A stretch of DNA of 35,904 nt from an uncultured Gammaproteobacteria bacterium (GTDB lineage Bacteria; Patescibacteriota; Patescibacteriia; Patescibacteriales; UBA12465). The stretch lies in the NCBI GenBank assembly GCA_964599385.1, contig CAZREL010000004.1, positions 1 through 35,904 of the forward strand, written 5' to 3'. The notes below the pieces were generated by a model. That model was given only the letters and a program-made list of their open reading frames with translations. It was not told where the DNA came from and made no database searches. Positions 16,691-25,138 of this stretch are shown in pieces; the stretch's first letter is position 1; each line of letters starts with the position of its first letter. The position numbers were made by a program, and so were the translations under genes.

Positions 16691-18298
16691 TTAGCTTATC
16701 ACTTCCCCTCCAAAGGCATTTAAGAGGTTTGAGAGCATGCCGCCAGGCTTTTCCTCTTTATCAGCATCAGTTTTTTTGTCATTTCCGCTCTCCGGCATGG
16801 CGTGATTTTCTGTCGGCTTAATTTCCGTATTTTCATCTATAATTGGATCGATGTCTATGTTTAATTTATAAACCTCTTGTAAAACGCTTTTAACTATTTC
16901 TCTGATTGAAGCATCTTTTAATCTGTCGCAATGGAATTTATATTTAAAAGACAGTCGCAAGTTTCCGTTCGTTATTTCTCCCGGGTTGCAGTTTTGCAAA
17001 ATAAAAGATAAAGAATGATTATATTTTTTTATCTTTACCAGACATTCGGGCCATAAAGATGATACTTCTGAGGCCGACATATTGATTTGGCTATCAATTT
17101 TTTGAATGTTTTTAACTTCGGCCTGTTTTTGATTTTCCGCTTGTATTGTTTTATTTTCTACTCTCGGAAAATCTTTTTGAATATTGATATCTTGTTTTTG
17201 GATATTTTCCAAACAAGATTCCACGATTGCTATTTCCAGCGGCAGTTGCATGATATTTGCTGAAGATGATAATGATGCGGTTTCCATGAAACGCTTTAAT
17301 AAGGAATTTATTTTATCAATTTGCATTTCCGAACAGATAAGACTCAATTCTTTCTCGAGACTCTGTCCGAAATCAAGACCGAGACTGTCGCTTAAGCCCG
17401 GACTTAATTTATCGAGCATGATGCGTCTTAAAATATTGACAAGTTCGGCATTGAAATTTTTTACGTTAACGCCCTTGTCGATCAAATCGTTAAGGAGTCT
17501 AATGGCTTTAGCGGCATCTTTTTTATTAATTAATCCGATAAGCTTGATGGCATCGCCGCTATTGTTTCCTGGGATGACTAGTTCGGCTTGTTCTTTGCTT
17601 ATTTTCTTTCCGCCAATCGCAAAAACCTGGCCAAGCAAAGCTTCGGCATCGCGCAAATGTCCGCCGCTATGTCTGGCTATTGCCTCAAGGATTGAATTTT
17701 CTATATCAATTTTTTCTTCACTGGCGATGCGAGCTAATTTTTTTGTTATCTCGGGAGTACTGATTCGCTTGAAGTCAAAACGTTCACAACGAGAAATTAT
17801 TGTTCCGGGCAATTTATGCGCCTCAGTGGTGCAAAGTATGAATATGACATAAGCCGGCGGCTCTTCCATTATTTTTAACAGAGCGTTAAAAGCTTGAATC
17901 GAAAGCATGTGCACCTCATCTATAATGAAAACCTTGTATTTGTTGCCGCTTGGCGCCAAGCGCGAGAATGAGATAATGTTCTCTCTAACGTTATCAACCC
18001 CCGTATTTGAAGCGGCATCGATTTCCACTACATCGAGATTCCTTCCCTCGGATATGGCTATGCAATTATCGCATTTTCCGCAAGGTTCAAAGTCGGAATC
18101 TTTTCTGTTTAAACAGTTAGCGGATTTTGCAATGATGCGAGCCAAGGTTGTTTTACCAACCGCTCTTGGGCCGCAGAAAAGATAGGAATGAGAAAGCTTG
18201 TTGGCGATTACCTCATTCTGTAAAGCAAGTTTTATATGATTTTGGCCAAGAACCTCGGAAAAATTTTTTGGCCTATAATCTCTGTATAAGGTGGACAT
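16691..18298 (-). CDS. dnaX: DNA polymerase III subunit gamma/tau
   Basis: 535 aa. YRP..F.EV.GQ start, Walker A (GPRAVGKTT), Zn module (C..C.KCDNC), Walker B/DExx (IIDEVHML) and SRC motif (ISRCERFDF). Confidence 0.95.
   Translation of the reverse strand: MSTLYRDYRPKNFSEVLGQNHIKLALQNEVIANKLSHSYLFCGPRAVGKTTLARIIAKSANCLNRKDSDFEPCGKCDNCIAISEGRNLDVVEIDAASNTGVDNVRENIISFSRLAPSGNKYKVFIIDEVHMLSIQAFNALLKIMEEPPAYVIFILCTTEAHKLPGTIISRCERFDFKRISTPEITKKLARIASEEKIDIENSILEAIARHSGGHLRDAEALLGQVFAIGGKKISKEQAELVIPGNNSGDAIKLIGLINKKDAAKAIRLLNDLIDKGVNVKNFNAELVNILRRIMLDKLSPGLSDSLGLDFGQSLEKELSLICSEMQIDKINSLLKRFMETASLSSSANIMQLPLEIAIVESCLENIQKQDINIQKDFPRVENKTIQAENQKQAEVKNIQKIDSQINMSASEVSSLWPECLVKIKKYNHSLSFILQNCNPGEITNGNLRLSFKYKFHCDRLKDASIREIVKSVLQEVYKLNIDIDPIIDENTEIKPTENHAMPESGNDKKTDADKEEKPGGMLSNLLNAFGGEVIS
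17019..17032 (-). other. Candidate -1 recoding site in dnaX (A_AAA_AAA heptamer plus -1-frame UAA)
   Basis: Codons 423-427 read AUA AAA AAA UAU AAU. The -1 frame after the heptamer reads AUA UAA. Confidence 0.3.
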
Positions 18299-18306
18299 AA
18301 TCTTTT

Positions 18307-20811
18307 TTATAAGCCGGCATTGCGGCGCTTTATCTCAGCTTCGATTAATTTTGAACTCTGACCATACTTTAAACGGCTTAAAGCTTTTATCTTATCGGAA
18401 ATTCCCTCTTTCTTTTGTCCAAGAACGGGCCAAATACCTTTCAAGGAGAAAGGTCGAGCCGCCGAATTATCGACTAAAAGCTTAATGCAAGCCATTCCCT
18501 TATCGACATTAACCAGATCATATTCGTTAAATACCGGAGCAAAATCTTTAACCAAGAAAGATGCGTCTTCTGAACCGACTTTAAAGCTGATCATTGTTCC
18601 GACGTTACCAAAAATAGCGTCTTTGATTTCCGTGTTATTATTTTTAGTTAGCTGCCCAATGTATTGGTGGGCGATAATCAAATTCAAAGCGTATTTTCTG
18701 GCTTCTGATAAGATTTGGCAAATTGAATTCGTTGTGAAGTTCTGGAATTCATCTATGTAGAGATAGAAATCTTTTCTGTCTTCCGGTTTCATGTCGGTAC
18801 GCGATAAAGCAGCCATCAAAATTTTTCCGACCAAAATCATACCCAACAAATAGGCATTCATTTCTCCAATTAAACCTTTAGGCAAATCAATCAATAAAAT
18901 CTTTTGCTTGTCCATTAAATCGCGCATATTAAACGAACTCTTCTGCTGCCCGATAATTGGGCGCATCATGTCATTTGATATAAACGGAGTTAATTTGGAG
19001 GTGATGTAGGGAACCATATTAGCCAAGGACGCCTCGCCGCCGGCCTGCCCGGCTTCTTTCACCCAGAAATCAATAACGGTCTGGTTTTTACATTTAGACA
19101 ATTTCATTTTACGGAATTCCTCGTCTGCTAAAACTTTCGGTATTTCCATTAAAGTCGAACCGCTTTCCGGATCATCCATAATCAGAAGCATGGCGTTTCT
19201 CATGTATTGTTCAAACATCGGTCCGCCTGTTGCTTTCAAGTCGTATAATTTATCAAAAATACCGATCATTTCATTGATAACGAAACCCTTTTGTTCCGGA
19301 TAAGCCGGATCATAATCAAGTAAATTTAAACCAAGCGGTCTTTGCATATCGGCTGGAGCAAAAACGATAACGTCCTCAGCTCTTTCCAGTGGTATACGAT
19401 CAAGAATATCTTGGATTAAATCGCCATTTGGATCAATCATGCAGACGCCCTCGCCATTTTGAATATCTTGAATGGCCATATTAAGCAAGCTGACTGATTT
19501 ACCGACACCAGATTTACCAACAAGATACATATGACGGCGCCTATCTTGTCGCTTAATCCTAATCTGTTTTTCAACACCGCGATAAACATTCGTTCCAAGC
19601 ATAATACCTTCGTTGGGAATTTCTGATGGGGCGGGTGCAATCTTTGAAGTGAGCCAAAGAATATTTGGTGTTTCAGTTGATTTGAGTGGTAAATGAAAAA
19701 TACTGGTTAATTCCTCGGTATTTAAAAGAAAACTGGCCGTATCATTAAAATTTCTGTAAATAAAATCTTTTACAATCTCTTCCAGGCCATCTTTACTGCC
19801 GCTATATCTGGCAAAAACGTTGCCATAACTGAAATTATTATATTCGGTAAAAGCGTTGGTTATGTTATCCAAATAAATAGCCGATTTTTCTTTTGTCTTT
19901 GTACAAGTTATAACGCGCAAGTTGACATCAAGACCGGCTTTCATGTTTTTTTCTTCAATTGTCTTAAGCATTTCTTCTTCAGCGACTGTTAATCGGCGAT
20001 TAGCAGCCGGATCATCGCCTTTTGGCTTGCCGCCGTTTGTTAAATTCAAAGTTTCTAAAGTTTTGTTAAAACCGGAAAAAAACTTAGAACTTGAGCTCAC
20101 AGCCTCTATTCCCTTGGTAACTGAATTCAATTTTTGAATACTGGCAACAACCGTTCTAACTCTGGAATGCCAAGTACCGATGGCACTTCTAACAACATAT
20201 TGCACCGCCAAGCTTTCATCTTTTTCTAATTTTGATAAGACATTGATAATGGAGTTCATTGGATCAGCGTCCATCTTTTGATAGGTTTTAATCGGAAAAA
20301 TAAAATCTCTTTTTGTTTTCAAATAAGCAGCCGAAATCTGGCTATCCGGTTTAAAAATGTTATAATCTTGAACTTCCTCGATTACCGCATCGGGATAATT
20401 GGCGTGAATTTGCTGTTCAATATATCTTGCTTCTCGCAAAGGAGCGACGACATAAAAAGAAATACGATTTGATACGGCGACAATTTCAAAAGAAAATTGG
20501 TCATTGCGGCCATAAAGCCAATATTTAAAACCTTTTTGAGCTTTCAGTCCGCCGATAGAAGCAAAGATAGTTTCGCCTTTAGAAATTTCTTCTCTAAGTT
20601 GTTGTGGGCCGCTTTCCGTTTTTCCGTCTTCGGGCTTTTCTTTTGGCAAGCGTATCAAAAAAACCTGGTGCTTATTATATCTGTTATTTTTATAATAACT
20701 TCTCAGTCCGTTTAAAGTGGCAATAGTAATTATAACCAAGCCAATCAAAATGGCGGCCAAGGTTATTAATACCTGCGTTAAAGCCGGATTGTTAAAAGCG
20801 CTTAGCTCCAT
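18307..20811 (-). CDS. Membrane-anchored FtsK/HerA-superfamily P-loop ATPase resembling type IV coupling proteins (TraD/VirD4-like)
   Basis: 834 aa. N-terminal TM helix, then ~400 aa with no motif I recognise. Next come Walker A (YLVGKSGVGKS), a TraD-like IDPNGDL, Walker B (FYLYIDEFQNF) and the C-terminal ARKYALNLIIAHQYIGQL / GNVGTMISFKVG motifs. Confidence 0.7.
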   Translation of the reverse strand: MELSAFNNPALTQVLITLAAILIGLVIITIATLNGLRSYYKNNRYNKHQVFLIRLPKEKPEDGKTESGPQQLREEISKGETIFASIGGLKAQKGFKYWLYGRNDQFSFEIVAVSNRISFYVVAPLREARYIEQQIHANYPDAVIEEVQDYNIFKPDSQISAAYLKTKRDFIFPIKTYQKMDADPMNSIINVLSKLEKDESLAVQYVVRSAIGTWHSRVRTVVASIQKLNSVTKGIEAVSSSSKFFSGFNKTLETLNLTNGGKPKGDDPAANRRLTVAEEEMLKTIEEKNMKAGLDVNLRVITCTKTKEKSAIYLDNITNAFTEYNNFSYGNVFARYSGSKDGLEEIVKDFIYRNFNDTASFLLNTEELTSIFHLPLKSTETPNILWLTSKIAPAPSEIPNEGIMLGTNVYRGVEKQIRIKRQDRRRHMYLVGKSGVGKSVSLLNMAIQDIQNGEGVCMIDPNGDLIQDILDRIPLERAEDVIVFAPADMQRPLGLNLLDYDPAYPEQKGFVINEMIGIFDKLYDLKATGGPMFEQYMRNAMLLIMDDPESGSTLMEIPKVLADEEFRKMKLSKCKNQTVIDFWVKEAGQAGGEASLANMVPYITSKLTPFISNDMMRPIIGQQKSSFNMRDLMDKQKILLIDLPKGLIGEMNAYLLGMILVGKILMAALSRTDMKPEDRKDFYLYIDEFQNFTTNSICQILSEARKYALNLIIAHQYIGQLTKNNNTEIKDAIFGNVGTMISFKVGSEDASFLVKDFAPVFNEYDLVNVDKGMACIKLLVDNSAARPFSLKGIWPVLGQKKEGISDKIKALSRLKYGQSSKLIEAEIKRRNAGL

Positions 20812-20815
20812 ATGC

Positions 20816-21322
20816 TTAAACGTTATCTTTAATGTTCATTATTTTGTCAACTTTCAATTTTGTTTCCTGTTCAAGAAAAAATTTATTAACGCCCGGAATT
20901 ATTTTTAACCATTTTTTTATTAAATCGATAATTTTATTAACTTTTACCTTGGCTTCGCCCAAAAGAACATTGATTTTTTTAACCGTTTCTTCTCCCTTAA
21001 CTTGGAATTCTTTTTGTTTAGCCGGCGTCATGCTTAAAAATATGTCGTTTAAGCCTTCGGAAAGTATTTTGTCTATTGCTTCTTCCCTTCTTTTTTGTAC
21101 ACTCGAGACAGAACTTTGTGCCGCTAAACCGCCCTCCACTGCTTTTTCGGCAACAGGGCGAACTTGTTCCACTTTTTTTTCTGGTACCGCCTCAGCAGCC
21201 TGCTCTATATTTGGCAATGGCGTTTCTGCGGCAATTTCTCTTGTTTCGGGAATTTGATTATTTGGAGTTTCTGGTGTTTTTATGGCGCCTATCATTGCTT
21301 CCATTTTTTTCTCTTCGGGCAT
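20816..21322 (-). CDS. Hypothetical protein: acidic, Pro/Glu-rich N-half and Lys-rich helical C-half
   Basis: 168 aa. No recognisable motif. Its stop is 4 nt upstream of the ATPase start. Confidence 0.5.
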   Translation of the reverse strand: MPEEKKMEAMIGAIKTPETPNNQIPETREIAAETPLPNIEQAAEAVPEKKVEQVRPVAEKAVEGGLAAQSSVSSVQKRREEAIDKILSEGLNDIFLSMTPAKQKEFQVKGEETVKKINVLLGEAKVKVNKIIDLIKKWLKIIPGVNKFFLEQETKLKVDKIMNIKDNV

Positions 21323-21343
21323 AAACTTTATTTTATCTATATA

Positions 21344-21517
21344 TTATTTGACGGTAATAGCTCCAACGGGACAATTGGTGGCGGCTTCTTTTGAGGCATC
21401 GTTTACTTCATCATTTATTGGTTCGGCCTTCCCATCGGCGTTCATCATAAAATTTTCCGGAGAAGTTCCGGCGCAAAGCCCGCAACCGATGCATTTGTCT
21501 TGGTCAATTGTCTTCAT
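21344..21517 (-). CDS. Small single-cluster [4Fe-4S] ferredoxin
   Basis: 57 aa from the internal ATG (MKTIDQDKCIGCGLCAGTSPENF...NCPVGAITVK), with C-x2-C-x2-C...CP ligands. The 40 extra N-terminal codons of the tracked ORF cover the promoter region and are not ferredoxin-like. Confidence 0.75.
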   Translation of the reverse strand: MKTIDQDKCIGCGLCAGTSPENFMMNADGKAEPINDEVNDASKEAATNCPVGAITVK

Positions 21518-21630
21518 ATTGTTTGTTAAAGCAAAGTCGGACACGGCTAAAAAATAGCGCCTCCCTACGCTTGCTAAAATATTAATTTTTACTCTCACAT
21601 TATAGCATAATGTTATAAAATTGAAACCGT

Positions 21631-21659
21631 TTGACAACTTCCCAAGCTTTTGTTATATT
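21631..21659 (+). promoter_or_regulatory. Sigma70-like promoter for rpmA
   Basis: TTGACA (21631-21636), 17 nt, TATATT (21654-21659). This leaves a ~70-nt leader containing the 8-bp hairpin ATATTAGC/GCTAATAT (21691-21712). Confidence 0.5.
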
Positions 21660-21733
21660 AGAGAAATAAAATCTATAAGTTAAATCCAAGATATTAGCTT
21701 TTTGGCTAATATTTTAGTGAAAAAGAAACCAAT

Positions 21734-22174
21734 ATGGCACATAAGAAAGCCGCCGGCTCAACCTCACTGGGACGTGAGTCAGAAAGTAAGCGTTTGGGTG
21801 TTAAACTCAGCGATGGACAGTGGGCAAAAACCGGCATGATCATTATCAGACAACGCGGTACCAAGTACCACCCTGGTAAAAATGTTAAAAAAGGAAAAGA
21901 CGACACTTTATTTGCAATGGCAAATGGTTTTGTTAAATTCAACACCAAAAAATTAAGAAAATTTGACAACACTTTAGTTGATTCAAAAATTGTCAGTATT
22001 GTTCCAGAAATGGAAGGCAGAGTTGCTCCAACAAAAGCGACTGTTGCCAAGAAAACCCCGATGAAGAAAGGCGCTACTATTCGTACTTCAGCTTATAAGA
22101 CTACCGGCAAAGCTAATGCTGCCAGAAAGATTAAGCTTGAAAAACGTGCTGCTTTAAAAGGAAAGAAGAAATAA
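21734..22174 (+). CDS. rpmA: 50S ribosomal protein L27 with a long basic C-terminal extension
   Basis: The N-terminal [24 protein letters not shown]...[14 protein letters not shown] is canonical L27. The protein is 146 aa, against 85 aa for E. coli L27. The extra ~55 aa are Lys/Ala/Thr-rich. Confidence 0.9.
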   Translation: MAHKKAAGSTSLGRESESKRLGVKLSDGQWAKTGMIIIRQRGTKYHPGKNVKKGKDDTLFAMANGFVKFNTKKLRKFDNTLVDSKIVSIVPEMEGRVAPTKATVAKKTPMKKGATIRTSAYKTTGKANAARKIKLEKRAALKGKKK

Positions 22175-22204
22175 CTTGACTCAGATCACTTGAAAGATAA
22201 AAAA

Positions 22205-22224
22205 ATAGAGCCTTGAGGCTCTAT
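22205..22224. terminator. Bidirectional intrinsic terminator (rpmA / pyrG)
   Basis: Perfect stem ATAGAGCC / GGCTCTAT with loop TTGA, flanked by an A7 run and a T7 run. Confidence 0.75.
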
Positions 22225-22228
22225 TTTT

Positions 22229-23899
22229 TTATTTCTTCTTGCAACTCTTGATGAATTCAACAAACAAGGGATGCGGATTAAGTGGTCTTGAGATATATTC
22301 AGGATGAAACTGAACGCCAACAAAGAAAGGATGATCTTTTATCTCAATTGCCTCAACAATCTCTCCGTCAGGTGAAGTTCCGGCAATCGTTAAACCGAGT
22401 TTGCTGAACATGTCACGATAATCGTTATTAAATTCATAACGATGGCGATGGCGTTCACTGATAATATCTTTAGTGCCATATTTCTTATAAGCCTTTTCCA
22501 GCCTTGTCCCTTTAACTAATTTACAAGGCCAACCGCCAAGACGGATTGTGCCGCCATAACCTTTTTCGGCAATAAGCTTCTCTTGTCCAGGCATAATATG
22601 AATAACCGGGTTTTTGGTCTTGGGGTTAACTTCAGCCGAATTAGCATCCTTTAAACCGGCAACATTGCGAGCAAATTCAATAACTGCCATCTGCATGCCA
22701 TAGCAAAGACCGAAATAAGGCAGGCCTTTTTCGCGACAATGTTTAATTGTCTCAATCTTCCCTTCCGAACCGCGACCACCCCAGCCCTGCGGCACAATAA
22801 CTCCATCAAGGCCTTTTAGAATCTTTGGCCCGTCTTTCTCAACTTCCTCGGCTCCAAGCCAGTGAATTTTGGCTTTAACCTTATTCTCCGCCGCCGCATG
22901 CTTAATCGCTTCAATAACGGAAATATAGGAATCGCCTAAAGAAAAATCACCGCTGGCAAAATATTTACCGACAATCCCGATATTTACTTCCGGACTCTTA
23001 ATCTTAGTTGCCGCCACCATCTTTTTCCAAGCAGCATTATCGGATATCTTTTTTCTAACCGGTAAATTAAATTTTTCCAGTATTCTTAAGCTTAATTCGT
23101 CTTTTTCAAAATTCAGAGGAATATCGTAAATAGAATCAATGTCCGGAGCGGCAATAACGGCCTCCAAAGGAACATTGCAATTGATTGAAAGTTTTTCGCG
23201 ACGTGACATGTCAATCGGCTTTTCACTGCGCGCGACAATGAAATCCGGTTGAATTCCGGCGCTCTGCAAGCTTCTAACCGCATGCTGAGTCGGTTTAGTT
23301 TTCATTTCGCCTATTTTATTAGGAATTGGTAAATATGAAACCATAACAAAAAGGACGTCTTTTGGATGATATAGCTTCATTACTCTGGCCGCTTCTAAAA
23401 AGAGCAGGTTTTCATATTCGCCAACTGTACCACCAACTTCTATTATCATTATTTCAGCACCGGTTTTTTCGACTGCTTTTTCAATTCTATTTCTTATTTC
23501 TTGGGGGATATGAGGCACAACCTGAACGCATTTACCCTTATATTCAAGGTTTCTTTCCTTATTTATAACCGACTGATAAACACGGCCGGTTGTCATGTAG
23601 TTTTCTTTATAAATATTTTTACCCAAGAATCTTTCGTAGTTACCGATATCTTGGTCTGTTTCATCGCCATCTTCAGTCACAAAAACTTCACCATGCTCAA
23701 CCGGGTTCATTGTTCCGGCATCGACATTAATGTATGGATCCATTTTAATGGCGCTGACATTGTAGCCACGGGCTTGGAGGATTTGTCCGACCGAAGCGGT
23801 TGTAACGCCTTTTCCGACGCCTGACATGACCCCGCCGACAACAAAGATGTACTTAACATCAGGACGATTTTTGATAACCGCCTTCTTTTTCTCAGGCAT
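22229..23899 (-). CDS. pyrG: CTP synthase
   Basis: 556 aa. N-terminal synthetase domain (KYIFVVGGVMSGVGKG) and C-terminal GATase with GLCYGMQ and HRHRYEFN. Confidence 0.95.
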   Translation of the reverse strand: MPEKKKAVIKNRPDVKYIFVVGGVMSGVGKGVTTASVGQILQARGYNVSAIKMDPYINVDAGTMNPVEHGEVFVTEDGDETDQDIGNYERFLGKNIYKENYMTTGRVYQSVINKERNLEYKGKCVQVVPHIPQEIRNRIEKAVEKTGAEIMIIEVGGTVGEYENLLFLEAARVMKLYHPKDVLFVMVSYLPIPNKIGEMKTKPTQHAVRSLQSAGIQPDFIVARSEKPIDMSRREKLSINCNVPLEAVIAAPDIDSIYDIPLNFEKDELSLRILEKFNLPVRKKISDNAAWKKMVAATKIKSPEVNIGIVGKYFASGDFSLGDSYISVIEAIKHAAAENKVKAKIHWLGAEEVEKDGPKILKGLDGVIVPQGWGGRGSEGKIETIKHCREKGLPYFGLCYGMQMAVIEFARNVAGLKDANSAEVNPKTKNPVIHIMPGQEKLIAEKGYGGTIRLGGWPCKLVKGTRLEKAYKKYGTKDIISERHRHRYEFNNDYRDMFSKLGLTIAGTSPDGEIVEAIEIKDHPFFVGVQFHPEYISRPLNPHPLFVEFIKSCKKK

Positions 23900-23921
23900 A
23901 GGTTAATATTATAAAGATTAA

Positions 23922-25136
23922 TTATTTTTTCTTTAAAATTTCGTAGGCTTTATCCATTTGCGGATCACGATTTTTATTTATGTCGTCAGCAGTTAATTCA
24001 ACCTTTATTTCAGGATCTATGCCTTTTTCATTAATGAAATCGCCGGCTGGCGTAAGCCATTTGGCAATAGTAACTTTAAGAGTCGAGCCGTCGCTTAAAT
24101 CGCGTAAAGCTTGAACTGATCCTTTGCCAAAAGTTGTTTCACCGATTAAAGTAGCTTTTTTATAGTCACGCAAGGCACCTGCTAAAATTTCCGAAGCAGA
24201 AGCACTGCCGCCGTTTACCAAAACAACTGTCTTATAATCTTTTAATCTGGCCGCTCCTTCGGCCGGATATTCATTTCTTCTGTTATCATTTAGCTGCTCA
24301 ATCACAACCGGACCGTCTTCCACCCACTCACTGGCAATCCTGATTGAGGTATCAAGATATCCGCCGGGATTATTTCTTAAATCAAGAATAATGCCTTTTG
24401 GTTTTTTCATAAGAACATCGTCTACGGCCGCTAAGAACAAGCTGTAGGTGTCGTCATTGAAATTACTTATTCTAATGACATAAACTCCATCGGAACGCAT
24501 TTCTGTTTTAACGCTTTTGACAACAATAACGCCTCTGGTTATTTCCAAATCAAAAGGCTTGCCGCTATCTCTTATGATAGTTAATTTAACTTTTGTATCC
24601 TTGGGACCGCGAATTTTTTTAACTACTTCGGAGACGCTTAAACCAATTGTTGGTTCTCCGTTAACAGCATAAATTTTATCACCAGGCAGTAAACCGGCTT
24701 TTTTAGCTGGAGTTTCATCAAGCGGTGTTACAACCGTTGTTATATCGTCTCTCATGCCGATTTCTGCTCCAATACCTTCGAAAGTTCCCGCCAAATCATC
24801 ATTAAACTCCTTTGTCTCACTCGGATCCATGAAAACGGTATAAGGATCACCGGTTGATTCAGCTATTCCCCTTAAGGAACCATAGAAAAGCTCTTTATCG
24901 CTAATTTTTATTTTATCGACATAGTTCGCTTTAACATTATCCCAAACTTCCCAATATAAATTGAAATCTAAATCGCTTTGGCTACCTTCATTTTCTTCAA
25001 GCGGCGAATAGGCAATCGGACGAGAGGTATTGCCTTGTCTTTTTTGACCAAAATAATAACCGCCAAAAAAAACTATGACTACAAACGATACCGCAATCAG
25101 GCCTAATTTTATTTTTTTATTTTTGTTTTCTGACAT
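23922..25136 (-). CDS. S41-family carboxy-terminal processing protease
   Basis: N-terminal TM, PDZ domain (GIGAEIG..., PAKKAGLLPGDKI) and catalytic region (NGGSASASEILAGAL..., TFGKGSVQ). Confidence 0.9.
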   Translation of the reverse strand: MSENKNKKIKLGLIAVSFVVIVFFGGYYFGQKRQGNTSRPIAYSPLEENEGSQSDLDFNLYWEVWDNVKANYVDKIKISDKELFYGSLRGIAESTGDPYTVFMDPSETKEFNDDLAGTFEGIGAEIGMRDDITTVVTPLDETPAKKAGLLPGDKIYAVNGEPTIGLSVSEVVKKIRGPKDTKVKLTIIRDSGKPFDLEITRGVIVVKSVKTEMRSDGVYVIRISNFNDDTYSLFLAAVDDVLMKKPKGIILDLRNNPGGYLDTSIRIASEWVEDGPVVIEQLNDNRRNEYPAEGAARLKDYKTVVLVNGGSASASEILAGALRDYKKATLIGETTFGKGSVQALRDLSDGSTLKVTIAKWLTPAGDFINEKGIDPEIKVELTADDINKNRDPQMDKAYEILKKK

Positions 25137-25138
25137 AT

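Noticed and set aside
16766-16780. A second A-run in dnaX (GAC AAA AAA ACU, near codon 510) as a possible frameshift site.
   Set aside because: The frame gives C_AAA_AAA, not X_XXY_YYZ. It also lies only ~25 codons from the natural stop, so it would not generate a distinct gamma-like product.
17184-17852. A 222-aa ORF on the plus strand. Many other 60-140-aa ORFs in the track are similar (for example 150-416, 10872-11123, 13260-13640, 16208-16486, 20832-21257, 21076-21324, 23501-23824 and 29555-30174).
   Set aside because: All lie antisense or out of frame inside well-supported genes. They have Ser/Leu/Phe/Ile-rich low-complexity translations typical of the reverse strand of Lys/Glu-rich AT-rich genes, and no RBS or promoter context.
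21518-21637. A 40-codon N-terminal extension of the ferredoxin ORF.
   Set aside because: It runs through the divergent promoter region (a TGcTATAAT box on the minus strand and the rpmA -35) and is not ferredoxin-like. The 57-aa version from ATG 21517 is a complete single-cluster ferredoxin.
21691-21712. An 8-bp AT-only hairpin (ATATTAGC/GCTAATAT) in the rpmA leader.
   Set aside because: A purely A/T stem with a short T-run is expected to be marginally stable, and such palindromes occur easily in AT-rich spacers. It is noted under the promoter feature only.
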